The translations under genes and the position numbers were made by a program. The notes beneath the pieces are model-generated. The model was given only the letters and a program-made list of their open reading frames with translations. It made no database searches and had not been told where the DNA came from. From Phoronis australis (taxonomy: Eukaryota; Animalia; Phoronida), in NCBI GenBank assembly GCA_002633005.1, contig NMRA01000252.1, positions 62,001 to 126,000 on the forward strand: 64,000 bases of DNA, in the 5' to 3' direction. Each line of letters starts with the position of its first letter. Positions within the stretch are counted from its first letter, which is position 1. This document shows positions 40,664 to 53,200 of the stretch, piece after piece.

Positions 40664-40797
40664 GTTATGCGGAACAAACAAATGCCAACGGGAACAGTCT
40701 TGACTGCCTTTCGTTGATCGTCGAGAGTATAAGTCCTACCAATACCAGTTCGCTTCTGAACAATTTGGCGGCATCCGAACGTCAGCAACAGATGTAA
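40664..40797 (+). CDS. MyoD: MyoD coding exon 3 (helix III, stop)
   Basis: ttcttcag acceptor, phase 1. Encodes (G)YAEQTNANGNSLDCLSLIVESISPTNTSSLLNNLAASERQQQM*. SLDCLSLIVESIS is the conserved MRF C-terminal helix III. Confidence 0.95.
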
Positions 40798-41865
40798 CGA
40801 CACCTATTGGCTGCTTCACGCATTCCGTAAACTAGTCAAAACTGTCGAGGGAATCAATGGTATTCTAATCTGTACTCCGCTAACTTCCGGAAATCTGACC
40901 AAGAAGTGCAACGTTACCAGACGAGTTTTGAGGATAAAACCAGCGCAATACTGCGACCATATTGGGTTCACAATGCCAAGTAATCCTACATTGGGTTTGC
41001 GATCCCCAGTAATCCAGGAAAGAAACTCTGGGTCGAAACTGGCGTTGGTACATCAATTTAATTTGAACAAACGCTTGCCGTGTGTTTTTCGTGTAAGAGC
41101 CGTTACACTGGGAACACGATTTCGCTGAAGAAAATTTCACTTACTGCAGAAAATGTTTCCAACCTTTAAGACTCTATGCATGTAAATCCCATAGTCACTT
41201 GTATACTAGACCTGAAAAACCAACTGATACAAAATTGTCATTTTGCGTTCAGCGAACGCATCCTCGTTAAGGCTGAGGGTGATGTTTAATTTATGGCCGT
41301 GAAAACATTGATGAATTACTTGTTGGCTATTTAATGGCTTTTATGCTATGTCCCCAGAGCTCCACACTTTCTTTCCAATTTAAAGTACACTGCCCCTGGT
41401 CAGTCCTATGGAGTGCTGTGTGTATGTATGTATGTATGTGTAAATATGTATATTTTTTTATTTCACGCCGCCTAATTACTTGTAAATTTATGTAGTTCAT
41501 TTACGACGATCGAGTGCCATAACCCAGTGAAACATTTCATATTGGCATATCAGAAATTAGACATGTTTAAGATATTTCATTAAATCTGGTAAAACATACA
41601 TTAATCACCCAATTCAGCAAGCTTCTGTGTCTAGATTTAGATCACGTTTGCAAAACTGGAAACATGCTTTGATTGTGAATCGTTTGTGCAAGTTACCAAC
41701 ATGGACAGTGCCGTAAAAGAAGTCTTTTTTCTTTTTATTAACGACGAAAACTAATTGTTGGTTACTTTCGCAGGTTTGGCATTCGCGGAATTGTTAGATT
41801 TTTAAAACAAGGATTGGGGAGTTGAAACACGACACATCCGCCTGCAACACTCCACGGTGCGGATA

Positions 41866-41992
41866 CATTGGCGGCGCACCATAGGGGACTGGGGGGGGGG
41901 GGNGTGCTCCGGCGCCCATGGTCTATGGGCGGTGTATCACAGGGGGCTGGGGGGGCTATAGCCCCACTTTTTTCAGTGCTGTGCCGCCCATG
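41866..41992. mobile_element. Dimeric G-rich hAT-like MITE, probably in the MyoD 3' UTR
   Basis: Termini cattggcggcgcac and gtgccgcccatg. Perfect 5-bp TSD ggata (41861-41865, 41993-41997). A related copy lies at ~54330-54424. Confidence 0.75.
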
Positions 41993-42325
41993 GGATATGG
42001 AGTTCGATCACCGGCAGCGAAGTGTTGTCGGCGCGTATGTAGAAGTGCGAAATTTGTGCAGTGGTTTTGATGTTTTCTACTACGTGAGTCGAAGATGGAA
42101 TCTAGAGGTATGACTAGGGATTCGTTTCCACTACCCCAGTATGAATGACAAGTTAATGTCGCAAATTTCATTAAGTCTTTCCAATAGGTAACGTGTAGCG
42201 CATTGCTTTATGTTTTGACAACAACGTACAGCGTACATGTGCACGCTCATCACAACATTTGTAGAATTTTGAAAATTACACTTGCGCTTCCCGATGCACG
42301 GATTTGTATTTATTTTTGAATAAGG

Positions 42326-42331
42326 AATAAA
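42326..42331 (+). promoter_or_regulatory. Candidate MyoD polyadenylation signal AATAAA
   Basis: AATAAA about 1.5 kb after the stop, in AU-rich sequence with several ATTTA motifs upstream. Not verified. Confidence 0.3.
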
Positions 42332-42761
42332 ATATTTGTATTGAAAAGCTTGTTCAAATCTTCTATATGTACAATTCCATATCTAAAATGTAAATTATAA
42401 TCAAGATTGGAGTTGATTTTTTGGCGCGACTAACGGTAAAGAATCAGTGTGAGTTTAAACATTTATTTGTAACTTGATACAATGTGTTCAATTGTAAAAA
42501 CAGAATATTTCAAGAAGAAAAATGCGCTCGCCACAAGCGACAAAAGGAAAAAAATAAAATACATTATCGACCAACTTACCCATCCTAGAGAACTAAGTGT
42601 AGAATGAGTGGAAGCAAACAGAATTGTAAGGACAACCTTATTGGTACAATGAAATTTACATTTCATCCTAAATACAAGTAATGTTAAATCTTCCAAATTA
42701 TTGTCGCTTTGCGTCAAGATCTCTTCAAAAAGTCAAAAGGATTATCAATACTAACTACTTC

Positions 42762-43106
42762 ACAACACAATAATCTTATACCGAGCTGTGTCCATGTTGT
42801 TATTGCACAATACAATAATCTTATACCGAGCTGTGTCTATGTTGTTATTGCACAATACAATAATCGTATACCCAGCTGTGTCCATGCTGTTATTGCACAA
42901 TACAATAATCGTATACCCAGCTGTGTCCATGCTGTTATTGCACAATACAATAATCTCATACTGAGCTGTGTCCATGTTGTTATTGCACAATACAATAATC
43001 TCATACTGAGCTGTGTCCATGTTGTTATTACACAATACAATAATTTCATACCCAGCTGTGTCCCCACTGTTATTACAGCATGCAATAATCTCATACCGAG
43101 CTGTGT
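42762..43106. repeat. Minisatellite, 45-bp unit, ~7.5 copies
   Basis: Unit acaatacaataatcttataccgagctgtgtccatgttgttattgc. It gives 15-aa periodic spurious ORFs. Confidence 0.95.
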
Positions 43107-43464
43107 TAATGATGCTTTTACACAAAAACCCAGTAAAGTATGAACTTGCTCTTACAAAATTGAAATTTCAAGGCAACGGAATTTTGTTGCGACGGTCTGA
43201 AATCAGGCGCTCGAAGTTGTTCATCCGATGGTCAGCTGTTGACATAACCTAAGAAAGCACCCTTTTATCCTACTATGCAACGAAAAAATTGTTCATATGC
43301 TTTAAAAAACTATTTTATCTATCTGGTTGTGTTTTTTCGTTTTATGCAGATGCCGGTCTCGTATTTTAATAACGTTGTCAAGTTTGTAGACCCATGTGGG
43401 CGTTAGGTGCACGACTTTCTAAATTTAATCCAGTTCTGTTTCTACACAGTACTATAGCACTGAT

Positions 43465-43556
43465 AGCAACAAAAGCGGCAATGGCAGCGGCAGTGGCAGC
43501 GGCAGCGGCAGCGGCAGTGGTGGCGGCAGCGGCAGCAGCAGAGGCAGCAGCAGCAA
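43465..43556. repeat. (GCA/GCG)n - (GGCAGC)n microsatellite
   Basis: Direct inspection. Confidence 0.9.
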
Positions 43557-45485
43557 TTGAAATTTGTATATACGTACTTTGCAAATTATAAAAATATTGC
43601 AAACTAGACCTGCGTCACCTAGCGACACAATTTTTTTAGAAAACGCGTCACCGTGTAACTGAACCATTCTCATCGACTGAAGGCTAATGGTAAGCTCAAC
43701 TAAATCAATTAATTAATCAGATTTCAGAACTTAAACGATTCGTGTTTTTGAAACCTCACGTAATATATTAAGAATACTTTTACCAGTTGCTTATTAGACT
43801 GGGAGTGAAATTTGAAATAATTGCACGTGGAGCCCTCGTATATCCCAATACTTTTAATTGCAAGTGGAACAAAATCGTGAAATGGTTTTCAGATTAAAAA
43901 ACCGTAATGGTGGTTTAAGTCACATCATTTTGAATTTAATTAGTGTGGAATCTTAAATGGTGCGCAACTTTTGCCACGCGGATGTCGCTCCCGCGTTAGC
44001 TTCTAAATCTTTTGGTTTTTTGAAGTAAATTAGTCATGAGCAATGCGGGCCAGGACTAGAGACAATAAAAATACGCCAATTGTGGAGTAACTGTAGTTTT
44101 AATTTGTACAAAATATTCTTCTACGTTGAAAAATTGATGAATTATGACATAAATGAGAGGAAAGAGATAAGGAAATTTTAAAAGGCTGTGTACGAATTGA
44201 TAATAAGTCAACTATAAGAAAATGTCACGGCACCGAAATGCATTTTGAAGGTGTCCTTCTGACGAGTTCGTACAGTAAATTGGAGAGTGAGTCTCGAAAA
44301 AGACTTCATAGAGTTTAATAATATTAAATATCTCGAACACCCACTGTACTTGACACATGAGCAGGCTTTGCAATTAAAAATTTGACAACCAACCCCAAAC
44401 AAAACATGCCAACAAGTAAAAATTGTTTGAGCATACTCATCGAACATACGTCTACGCGTCCGTCTCGAATAATTGCGTATATCTGGTAAAATCACGCTTT
44501 GTTGTGAATTTTCACTCAAGGCAAGGTGGTATTAGTCATGACGACTTGAAAAGTGCCCACACCGAAGCAGGTACACCTTTCTGCGTCAGACGGGAAATGG
44601 GGCTCGATTCCCGCCCTTTCTAGCAAATCGACAAATACCTATATGATTGCGACCACCATCAGGTTAATTGACGTGAAATTCACAGATATACTGTGTTTGA
44701 AAAATGTTTGAACATTCAGATTGTTATTTTTGAAACAAGTATCGATATTGTGATAACATGGCATAGGTGTAACACATGGTGACATCTATTGGTTGATTCA
44801 TTCAGCAACTTCTGTTGGAACCAGAACGTTTTATAAGAGGCAGCATGCATTCGTTTGACGCTTTTTAAGTCGACATTTTGCTGCATACTCCACTCCTGGG
44901 CAACTGTTCTTGAAATTAAAGTCACACAGCGGTAATTTCTAAATTGGAAATTTAAAACTTTGCTGTATTTCAAAAAACTGAACAAGCCTAACACAGTCTT
45001 CTGTTTTCTGTTTCTCTGTAGTTGGCTGTGCTAGCACTTGAAATCAATATTACGGGACGCACAACCACTGCATTCAAAGAGCACGTGCTTGGTGGTCTGC
45101 GTTTCGCCGCCAGAATATGAAAGAAAACTCCCTAACATGTGCTTATGCTGTATCTGGTGCCATCTTGCGCCAAGCAGGACAATTATAAGGAGTGAGTGTT
45201 ACTGAAGATCATGCCTGGCAGCGCAAATATTGTTTTTGCGTAAGGTAACTGTTTGTCAGATCTGCATGGGATCAAGCACGTGATCCCCGCCGCAGATTGC
45301 GAACGATGATAAGAGGAAAGGTTACATATTTGGCATAAGAGAACACAAAGCGCGTACTCGCTCGTGTTGGCTTATCTATCAAAAATGAACTCGGCTTCAT
45401 AAAACTAATTCTTCGTATATATTTGCCAACACGTCTGTAGAGTTTTACTTAGTTTTTGAATCATTCTGCCATTATTTTTGTTTCA

Positions 45486-46130
45486 TCAGTTGTCAGCGCT
45501 GAAGGAGGGGTTCAAATCAGCTGTATTAGTTGGTGTAACTGACGATACCGCTATTGCTGGCGTGAGACCTGCAGACGCTCCCGCCGCCGCCATTGTGAGA
45601 CGGCGACTGCTAATGCGATTGTGGTCCCAGTGTTCGACATATCCACCGTCATAGATGGTCTGCCATCTACGTAGATTCGCATCAACTGCTGCTGCCACCG
45701 CTGAAGTCTCTGGACAAATCTTGGTAATCACATGAAACAACGGGCGAGCGACGTTTTTTATAAAAGGCAAAATCATAGGCGGTATGTCCTTCTTGGAAAG
45801 TTTTTGAAGATGTTCCGGATTAGGGACAATGATAGAGCTTTGACGGTCACTCAACCGGGCCAGCTCCCGCGCTACGTGAATTACATCCTTCACGTGGTGT
45901 TTCCACTCCTTGAACATCGTGCACAGATCGCAGGCAACAACCACGATACCTTTGAACAAGCGCTTATGGGTTGGATTTGTCATATCAAATCTTTTCGTGT
46001 CTATAAGGTTGGTAATCATGCTCAGATTTTCGTGAACAACGTCCAGATCAAGTGCTTCAAAGTTTTCGCGCAAATCTTCGAGTACTTGTCTGTATTCTAA
46101 TGCCGTGAGTGAGCTAAAGATGTTATTACA
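45486..46130 (-). CDS. PDE10-like phosphodiesterase, exon 2 (C-terminal half of the catalytic domain, 214 aa + stop)
   Basis: tgattttcag acceptor, phase 0. CNNIFSSLTALEYRQVLE..ALDL..VACDLC..LPF..DANLRRW aligns to PDE10A HNIFSTLSSSEYEQVLE..ATDL..TACDLC..LGF..RDNLSQW. Confidence 0.92.
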   Translation of the reverse strand, partial: CNNIFSSLTALEYRQVLEDLRENFEALDLDVVHENLSMITNLIDTKRFDMTNPTHKRLFKGIVVVACDLCTMFKEWKHHVKDVIHVARELARLSDRQSSIIVPNPEHLQKLSKKDIPPMILPFIKNVARPLFHVITKICPETSAVAAAVDANLRRWQTIYDGGYVEHWDHNRISSRRLTMAAAGASAGLTPAIAVSSVTPTNTADLNPSFSADN

Positions 46131-46352
46131 CTGAAAATCAATTAAGATAATATAGTAAATTTTGCCATAACAACGTACGTGCAGGCTCCAAATTGAATAC
46201 ACTACGAATATTACGCTATTTGAGCCATTTTTTCAAGTCAACCATCGAATGTTGGGACTTCGAAGCAAAAGCCGTGTTCAAAGCGCTTTTTAAATATATT
46301 ACTTCAGTAGTCTTGTGCTTGACGTTAGAAATGAAATTTGATGTACGCGTAC

Positions 46353-48212
46353 CTTAAGAATGTGAACCAAGGTGTGATAATTGTGAAAATCTTCAACAGG
46401 TGTGGTAAAGCAATATGACATCCTCTCCGTCTTCTTCAAACAGCCGTAACCTCTGTAGTTCATGTCATGGGCAACACATGTGAGAAATATTGCCAAAGCT
46501 TCGTTCTTCGTGAAAATACTTTCCATCATGAACTCCATGAATTTGTACGCACAATGAGAAACGGTTAAGGCGTGTTTCCAGTTGTGATAGGGGTAGGCAG
46601 TGTAATTCTCGCGAATAAGTACAACGCAGAGAATGATAGACCGGAGCTCAAACGTGTTTTGGCCAAACCTGTTGAAAAGCATGTAATGGATCAATTCCTG
46701 GACATCCCCCTTTTCCATTTCACCAGCAGGGAAGTAGGAGTAGTCCTCGAAGTTATCTGGTATTGGCTTGGCCTTTGACAGGGGAAGGAAGCATGTCAGT
46801 GCTTCATCGCAATGTAGGAATATGTGATATCGCAGCTGTTCTGCCGCAATCTCGGTCATGATTACGTCACGCTTCATTTTGTTGTAGACGTGTGCATAGT
46901 TGACAGCCATTCCCACGTACACGGCGAACACAGACAAAGAATCTTCATCGAACTGAGTGAATCGGCGACCGTTTCTCTTGTTAATGGCCTCAACGGCACC
47001 GAAAAGCTTGGCTTGTGATCCTTTGGTAGAAATTGGGGCACACAGGATTTGCTCACTTTTAAAACCGGTAGTTTCATCGACTGTGCCGAAAAATCTGGGA
47101 TCATTTGCGCAATCCATCACATTGTTTACTTGACCTGTTGCAATAGTGTGTCCGACAATTCCCTGGTTTGGTGGGAAACGGACTCGCTTGCTCTTCTCAT
47201 ACGTAGCGTTTCCCTCCTCGTCCAGTTTTCCCTCGTCAAACATGTCCGCGTACAGTTCGTTGTTTTCCTGGTCCAGTAGGAACAAACCACACCTCTCGGC
47301 ATTCACAAGGTTCTTTGTGTATGTCATGATCTTGCTAAAGAATTCGTCTTGATGGTCAATATTTTTGAACATTTCTGTGATGGCCTCCACTAAGTACTCG
47401 TTTAACTCGTTGTGCTTGTTGAGTTCAAGGTTCTCGTTTATGCTACAAAGAGCAATCCCAAGCCAGCACATCAAGAAGTTGCCTATTTGAAGATCGGATT
47501 CTGTGAAGATTCCCAGCCAAGGTTGGTTGCGTGTACACTCTACGACGGCGAGGACTCTCGTATCGCCGGTATGTGTCATCAGAATAGGAACACTGAGGAT
47601 CGGCACTCCATTTTGGCGTATGAATTTACCGATCTTAGTAGTCGCTACTGAACGCGCAAGTTCTAATTGAACGTCTCCGTGCGGAAAAAGACCTCTTCTC
47701 CATGCGAATTGTAGTTCACCCGTTGTATCGTCTGGAAGGTAAATGGACAGTCCGTCTGCTTTTACAGCGTTCATTAAAATTATGCAAGCATTGCGTGTCA
47801 CATCGAAATTTGTAGTTCTAATTCTGTACATTGACCCTCCTCCGTCGCATGTTGTTGATGCTTGCTCCAAAAGAGAAACCTCTAACTTGGATATTTCGCG
47901 TGAACTGTATTCATTAGTACCCGAATCTGATAACGACTCGCTATCCACAGACTGGACATCTTCTTGCTCTTGAAGTTCATCGAGCCAAGACTCAATAGTT
48001 TCCGATGTGACAAAGTCTCTAACGTAGTCAAGAACAGCCTCTTGCAATATCCCTGGATATAAGTCAACAAGAAACTCGAGATCGCTGTCACCGAGTTCGC
48101 AGTCAAGCGTTCCTTGCTCAGGGTTTATCATAAATGGTTTACACATGTTGGAACCTGCACCAGGAAGAGACGGAAACTGTCCCCTTTTGTAAGGCAGATG
48201 GTACTCACTCAT
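46353..48212 (-). CDS. PDE10-like GAF-A/GAF-B/PDEase protein, exon 1 (620 aa)
   Basis: The N-terminal block FVTSETIESWL resembles PDE10A SVSAETVEKWL. GAF-B contains VNAERCGLFLLD..NELYADMFDEG..RFP..QGIVG..DPRF..VDETTGF..ILCAPI..AINK..F..FDE. Catalytic motifs PYHNWKHA and AHD follow. Donor AAG|gtacgc at 46352 gives a 222-bp intron. Confidence 0.93.
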
Positions 48213-48257
48213 TTCTTACTGTCAGCATGTTTACTTTCTATCCAAGTGCCTTATTCG

Positions 48258-48269
48258 GATGACGTCATC
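48258..48269. promoter_or_regulatory. Perfect CRE (TGACGTCA within the 12-bp palindrome gatgacgtcatc)
   Basis: About 50 bp upstream of the PDE ATG. Confidence 0.45.
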
Positions 48270-48863
48270 AGTACAATGAATAGAAACTGACATCATATGC
48301 AACTCACAGTGGATGTCTCTGATTTCTTTAATATTTGCTCACGTGCACGAGTTCCACGTTTTTTTGCCCAGGTTGTTGATTCCATATTTTTTATAATTAA
48401 GTACACATAGGTTTGAAATATTTTCACACCACTTAAAATAAGCGACGAAACAGGGGAATGCGTACATGTATACTTGTTGCTGGCGAGGACGAAATGCACA
48501 TATGATATCCATGTTTGCTGTATTCCCTGATGACGTACAAAGAGAGGCCTACGTGCAGCCTTTTTGTAGTGTCCTTTTACTCTATGCACAAGTTTCTTCC
48601 GATTTATTCCCACCTTAATTCCGGTGTGTTTACGATGCGATTTCCACTGAAAACAAAGTATTCTGGAACGACGCAAACTGATGCCATGTTGGGCCAAAAT
48701 CAGGTTTTCTCATTGAAAATATGCGGCAATATCTCGCGGAATCTCGCTAGCTCTTGCTATTCTAGCGACATACTAGCGTTACTGAACTCAATCCGGGTCC
48801 GAATAGCCACGAGATCTCCATTTTATCTACAATACAAACAGTGTTTTAAAAAATTAAAATGAC

Positions 48864-48877
48864 GTTTCCATAGTAAC
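48864..48877. promoter_or_regulatory. RFX X-box-like motif GTTTCCATAGTAAC
   Basis: Fits the RTHNYY-WT-RRNRAC X-box consensus. Lies between the divergent PDE and NBL1 genes and overlaps a tgacg half-CRE. Confidence 0.4.
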
Positions 48878-50150
48878 GGCAATGAAATTCGGATGTTTAG
48901 TTATGACGCGATTTGGAACACAAATAGGAACAGAAATACATTCACATCATATTATCAAAATTACGCAGGTATTGTTTTCGTCTTTCAGGTTACCACGTGG
49001 GCATTACAGTACTCGAAACTTTTACAAAATCATGTGTCTGAATTAATCGGTGTGCACCGACAACTGTTGCAACTACCGTATGCTGGGAAGTTAAGATTGA
49101 CCAGGTCCATAGCCCTGTAATAATTTCAAAGTGCATAGTGATTTGAAGCACTATTTTCACATTTGATTTTATTTGACGTTAAAATGATGTCATACCGAAC
49201 AAGGAAATATGAAGGTATACGTATGAGCGGTCAATATTGAAAACTATTGACTCCGAAATGCTGGCCGATGGAGGCAGATAACTACAAAATCTTAAAGCTC
49301 CTTCTTCAGTGAAACTTGCAAGTGTCACGAGATGCTTGCACAGATACTCTAACACTCGAGGCTCCTCAGTGTATTTTTTAAAGGTGAGGACAGACACGTG
49401 CCACTGAAATGCAGGTTTGTATTCTGGTTTTTATGAGGGAAGCAACTGCTTTTTAATTGCTTGTATGTCGGCAACAACAAGGTGAAGCTCTAATGCCGCC
49501 CTGTGGTCAGGACACGAGTAACTGCAATTAGCAAAAAGTTTGATTAACCGCATAACAACATACAGTGTGTGACTCCACCTCGAACGTTAGAGTACAAAAT
49601 GAAACAAAAACATAAAAGCTCTTGTCGATAGCTAATTACTTGTTCCTACATTATATATTGAGAACCTTTATTTTGTTTATTTTTATAGTTGTTTTAATAA
49701 CTTTTGCGCTGAGTTTATGACTACAAGATACCGATGAACTTCTTAGTAATACGAAAACTTACATTTTTACGCCCTCGCTGTACATTTCCGATAATGTCAT
49801 GCGTAACTGTAGTGAGACATCAAGCCGATCACTTTTCAATACGTTATGAATCATAAATAGAACGACTGTAGAAGGAATAAAAAGACGAATTATTCCAAGT
49901 GGAGAACTTAACGATTCGATACGCGTCTGTCACGATTGATCTGTCTGTGATGTGGCTTTGAGTGAAGGCGTCTGAGTTGCATCAAACGCACTCCTCCCGT
50001 CTCAGAAAACTAGGGCAGGCGACTGGGTGGTTGTGTTGGCATTTTCTACTTTTATATTCTTAGTTTCGAGTCTGTGCTAATATTACGAAACACGATCTTT
50101 CTACTTTCATTTCACCTTCACGTCAGTTTGGTTAACAGACGGATTTTAGC

Positions 50151-50243
50151 ATGGAGATTGTACCGCTCGTTATCCTCGCTTTGTCATCTTTAAAACCTGA
50201 CAAGTTGCTTGTCTGGGGACGTCCAAGTGAAAGTTCTTACAAG
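50151..50243 (+). CDS. NBL1: NBL1/DAN BMP antagonist, first coding exon (signal-peptide-like)
   Basis: MEIVPLVILALSSLKPDKLLVWGRPSESSYK|gtatga. Hydrophobic N-terminus and a phase-0 donor that joins in frame to give YK-VHNVILYP. Confidence 0.65.
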
Positions 50244-53200
50244 GTATGATATATAAAACGCGTATGCAATGTTTTATTGTGTTTATTTGTCTTAGCCAAA
50301 AGCATTTGGTGTAATTTCTCCTTAATTCTAACAGCGAAGTGCTATTGTGGTATTTACAAATGAGCCTGTTACATAGAATTACACATCTAGAACATTTAGA
50401 TATTACACATTTAGAGATATTGTTCCTCTAGAAAAAAAAGCGGCAGACAAACACGTGTTTCTGATTTACCAGGCATATGGCTTAATAAACAGTAGTTAAG
50501 TTACAGTTTCTTGGGCCCTTGAGTTAACATGTCAGTTAAACACTAAAAATTAACTCGTATAATATTGCCATAATAACAATTCCATTGAAAAATCACTGAT
50601 TATCACGACTCCGTGAATGAAGCGTTCGCAAACAGTAGTGATAGTTATATTATTTAGAAAGGAGCATCATTTGGAAGAAACAAACCGCTGTCACCTTTCT
50701 TTTACAAGAATGTGTAACATTAATACTTCACCAACCAATCGTGATACGTTAGATAATAATATTGATATGCATTATTTAAAGGGGACATTATGATATTATT
50801 ACATATTGCAGCCGTTTTCTGCTAAACCTACCCATAGTCGATAACCTTATCAGTGAAACACACTTAAAAGATGCCGTCATTTGGTGAATGCAATAGCTCC
50901 ACCAAGAGAGGGTTTGACTGCAACGGCGGGGTTCGCCGGGTCGACATCTCGCCAGGGCTAATCTCAGCTAATCACTTTTGTCAACAATAATACCCCTACC
51001 GTAGTAAGAATAAATAATGCCAAATCTTCCAGACAACAGGACAGTGACCTCTGGCGATCAACTAGAAAGATTGCCATATTTTCCCGTGGTGCAGGTGCAG
51101 TACCCTGGGTGTGGTTGAAGTTCAGGTTACGTGGTAAGACTTCATGCGCTCTTGTTTTGTAGAGAGTGGTTCGGGTTGTGGAGAGTAGTAAGGGATTGAG
51201 GTTTGTGGTAAAGGTTTGGTCCCCCGCCTGAACAATTTGTGATTGATTTGCCTCAAAGTATATGGCAATATTGCACTTCCCCCATTGCAATTTAGTATGC
51301 TTCGGCACTGCCATCGAAACTGGTTAAAAACCAATTGATATGCGACATTTAGACTAACAGTGAAAGCATGGAACGCGAAAGCTCGTCAAAAGCACCGTTT
51401 AAACAATTCCTGGGAAAAGGACCGCCTAGCACGTATACTACAGAGTAATTCACTTTCCCTTGTGAGTAATTTCCAGAAAGACCCACCAAATTCACGATTT
51501 TTGAAATATGCGCGAAGGAGAAACACTGTAGTCACCACAGAGTTTCTAATCTCCCTCTGGCATACTGATAAATCCGCGCATGCGCTCACAGTGATTCGAC
51601 AGACAGCTGACTGACAAGATGGGTATGTGTGATCGCTCACCGAATCTGAGGTCGCCAGCCTAGTATAAGGCAAACCGAGGAAGCAAGTGACTTTCCAAAA
51701 AAAAAACCAAGGGCTTTTTAGAATGTGTTTGGATACTACGATACCTTTATAACAAAGTTTAAACAGTTAGGACTGACATCAATTGCATCTTAATCGGACT
51801 GGCTGCTGCATGAAGTCACAATTGTTGTGTTTACAACAAGGTCACGTTTTTTATATAAGGGAAATATGCTACGTCTATGTCTTGCCAAGCAGTTGACAGG
51901 TCGCTCTTTTCGAAATTTGAAACTTAAAAAAAGCTTTGACATCAACAGAAATTTTAAATCTTCGCGAACAGACCGTAAAAATACCCGGTGACCAGGTTGA
52001 ATTCTATGTCTGTGGCAGAGAACCACTTTCAGTAATGTTTAGTTTTCGTTCCAGGTCTCTTTAATACCAGAATCATTACTTATACTTGAACTACATTGGG
52101 TTACTATAAAATCACACAATAGATAGAAGGTGTAAATAGGAATAGTAATGCTGTGATACATTTACATGTAGAAATACAAGATGGCGTTCGATTCATCGTT
52201 TGCATGTTTTTGAATAAACATTGTATACATTTGCGGTTGAAGCTTCAGGGAGATATTTGCGGTTGAAGCTTCAGGGAGATTCTGTTTTCTCCGAGTGGTT
52301 CGGTAGACTTTCCGTTGCTTGACACCGGCGTTCTGAAAGGAGAGCTGGTTGACACTTTTGCATGACGGCAATTGAAGTAATATGCATTTGACTTTAAGTG
52401 CGGAAACTGTTGCGCGAGATAGGAACCCAGTAGAGAAGGTAGAAGAAGCGAAAAGCACTTGATAACTAAAATTGTCCGCTGGTGAGAAAAGATTCTGTCT
52501 TATGAGAACAGCATCTGTAGTCGCTGAGTATCTCATATTTAATTAAGTAATTCATTTTCAGCTAAGTCTTTATGAAATCGTAGGCATTATTTAGATAGGA
52601 TTGGTGATTCAACGTTTTATATTCTGAACACGTATTTACACACTTGGGTGTGTTTATGGTAATTATGGGAAAAGTCAACGACATTCCTCTAATATTTATT
52701 CATATGTTACACTAACTACAATCATTACAATCACTACATCAGTATCGCCGATCATCTCTACCGTTGATCACACACTATACATCTGTACCCTGGATTACAC
52801 AATATGCAAATTCAACCAGGCAAGTTGCCGGCACGTTAGTATCCAAAAAGTGCCAACTGCCAAACCTTCCCTATTGGTCGTATATCATATTGATAAAGAA
52901 GAAAATTGGGTAACAAAATTTTATGTTTCAATAAAATCAACAACGTCTTTAAATTGCGCCACGTTTCGACGGAAGCCTCTGTAACGTGGACGATTTTGTT
53001 GTTTTTGTTCACCACAAGATCATTAAGATTTCATTTTGTTTGAAAAATTGTAAGCGCTTTTGTCGGATGATTTTGTTTCGTTATTCATGATACGACGAGC
53101 AAGTACACACGATCTGCAAACTCAGTGTGGAAATCAAAGTTCTCATTTGAAAACTCTCTTCTAAATCACATGCACTTTGGCCTAATTTTTAATTCATGGG

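Noticed and set aside
45486-46202. Treating the 238-aa and 637-aa ORFs as two genes or as a broken pseudogene
   Set aside because: A canonical GT-AG 222-bp intron joins them in frame within the catalytic domain.
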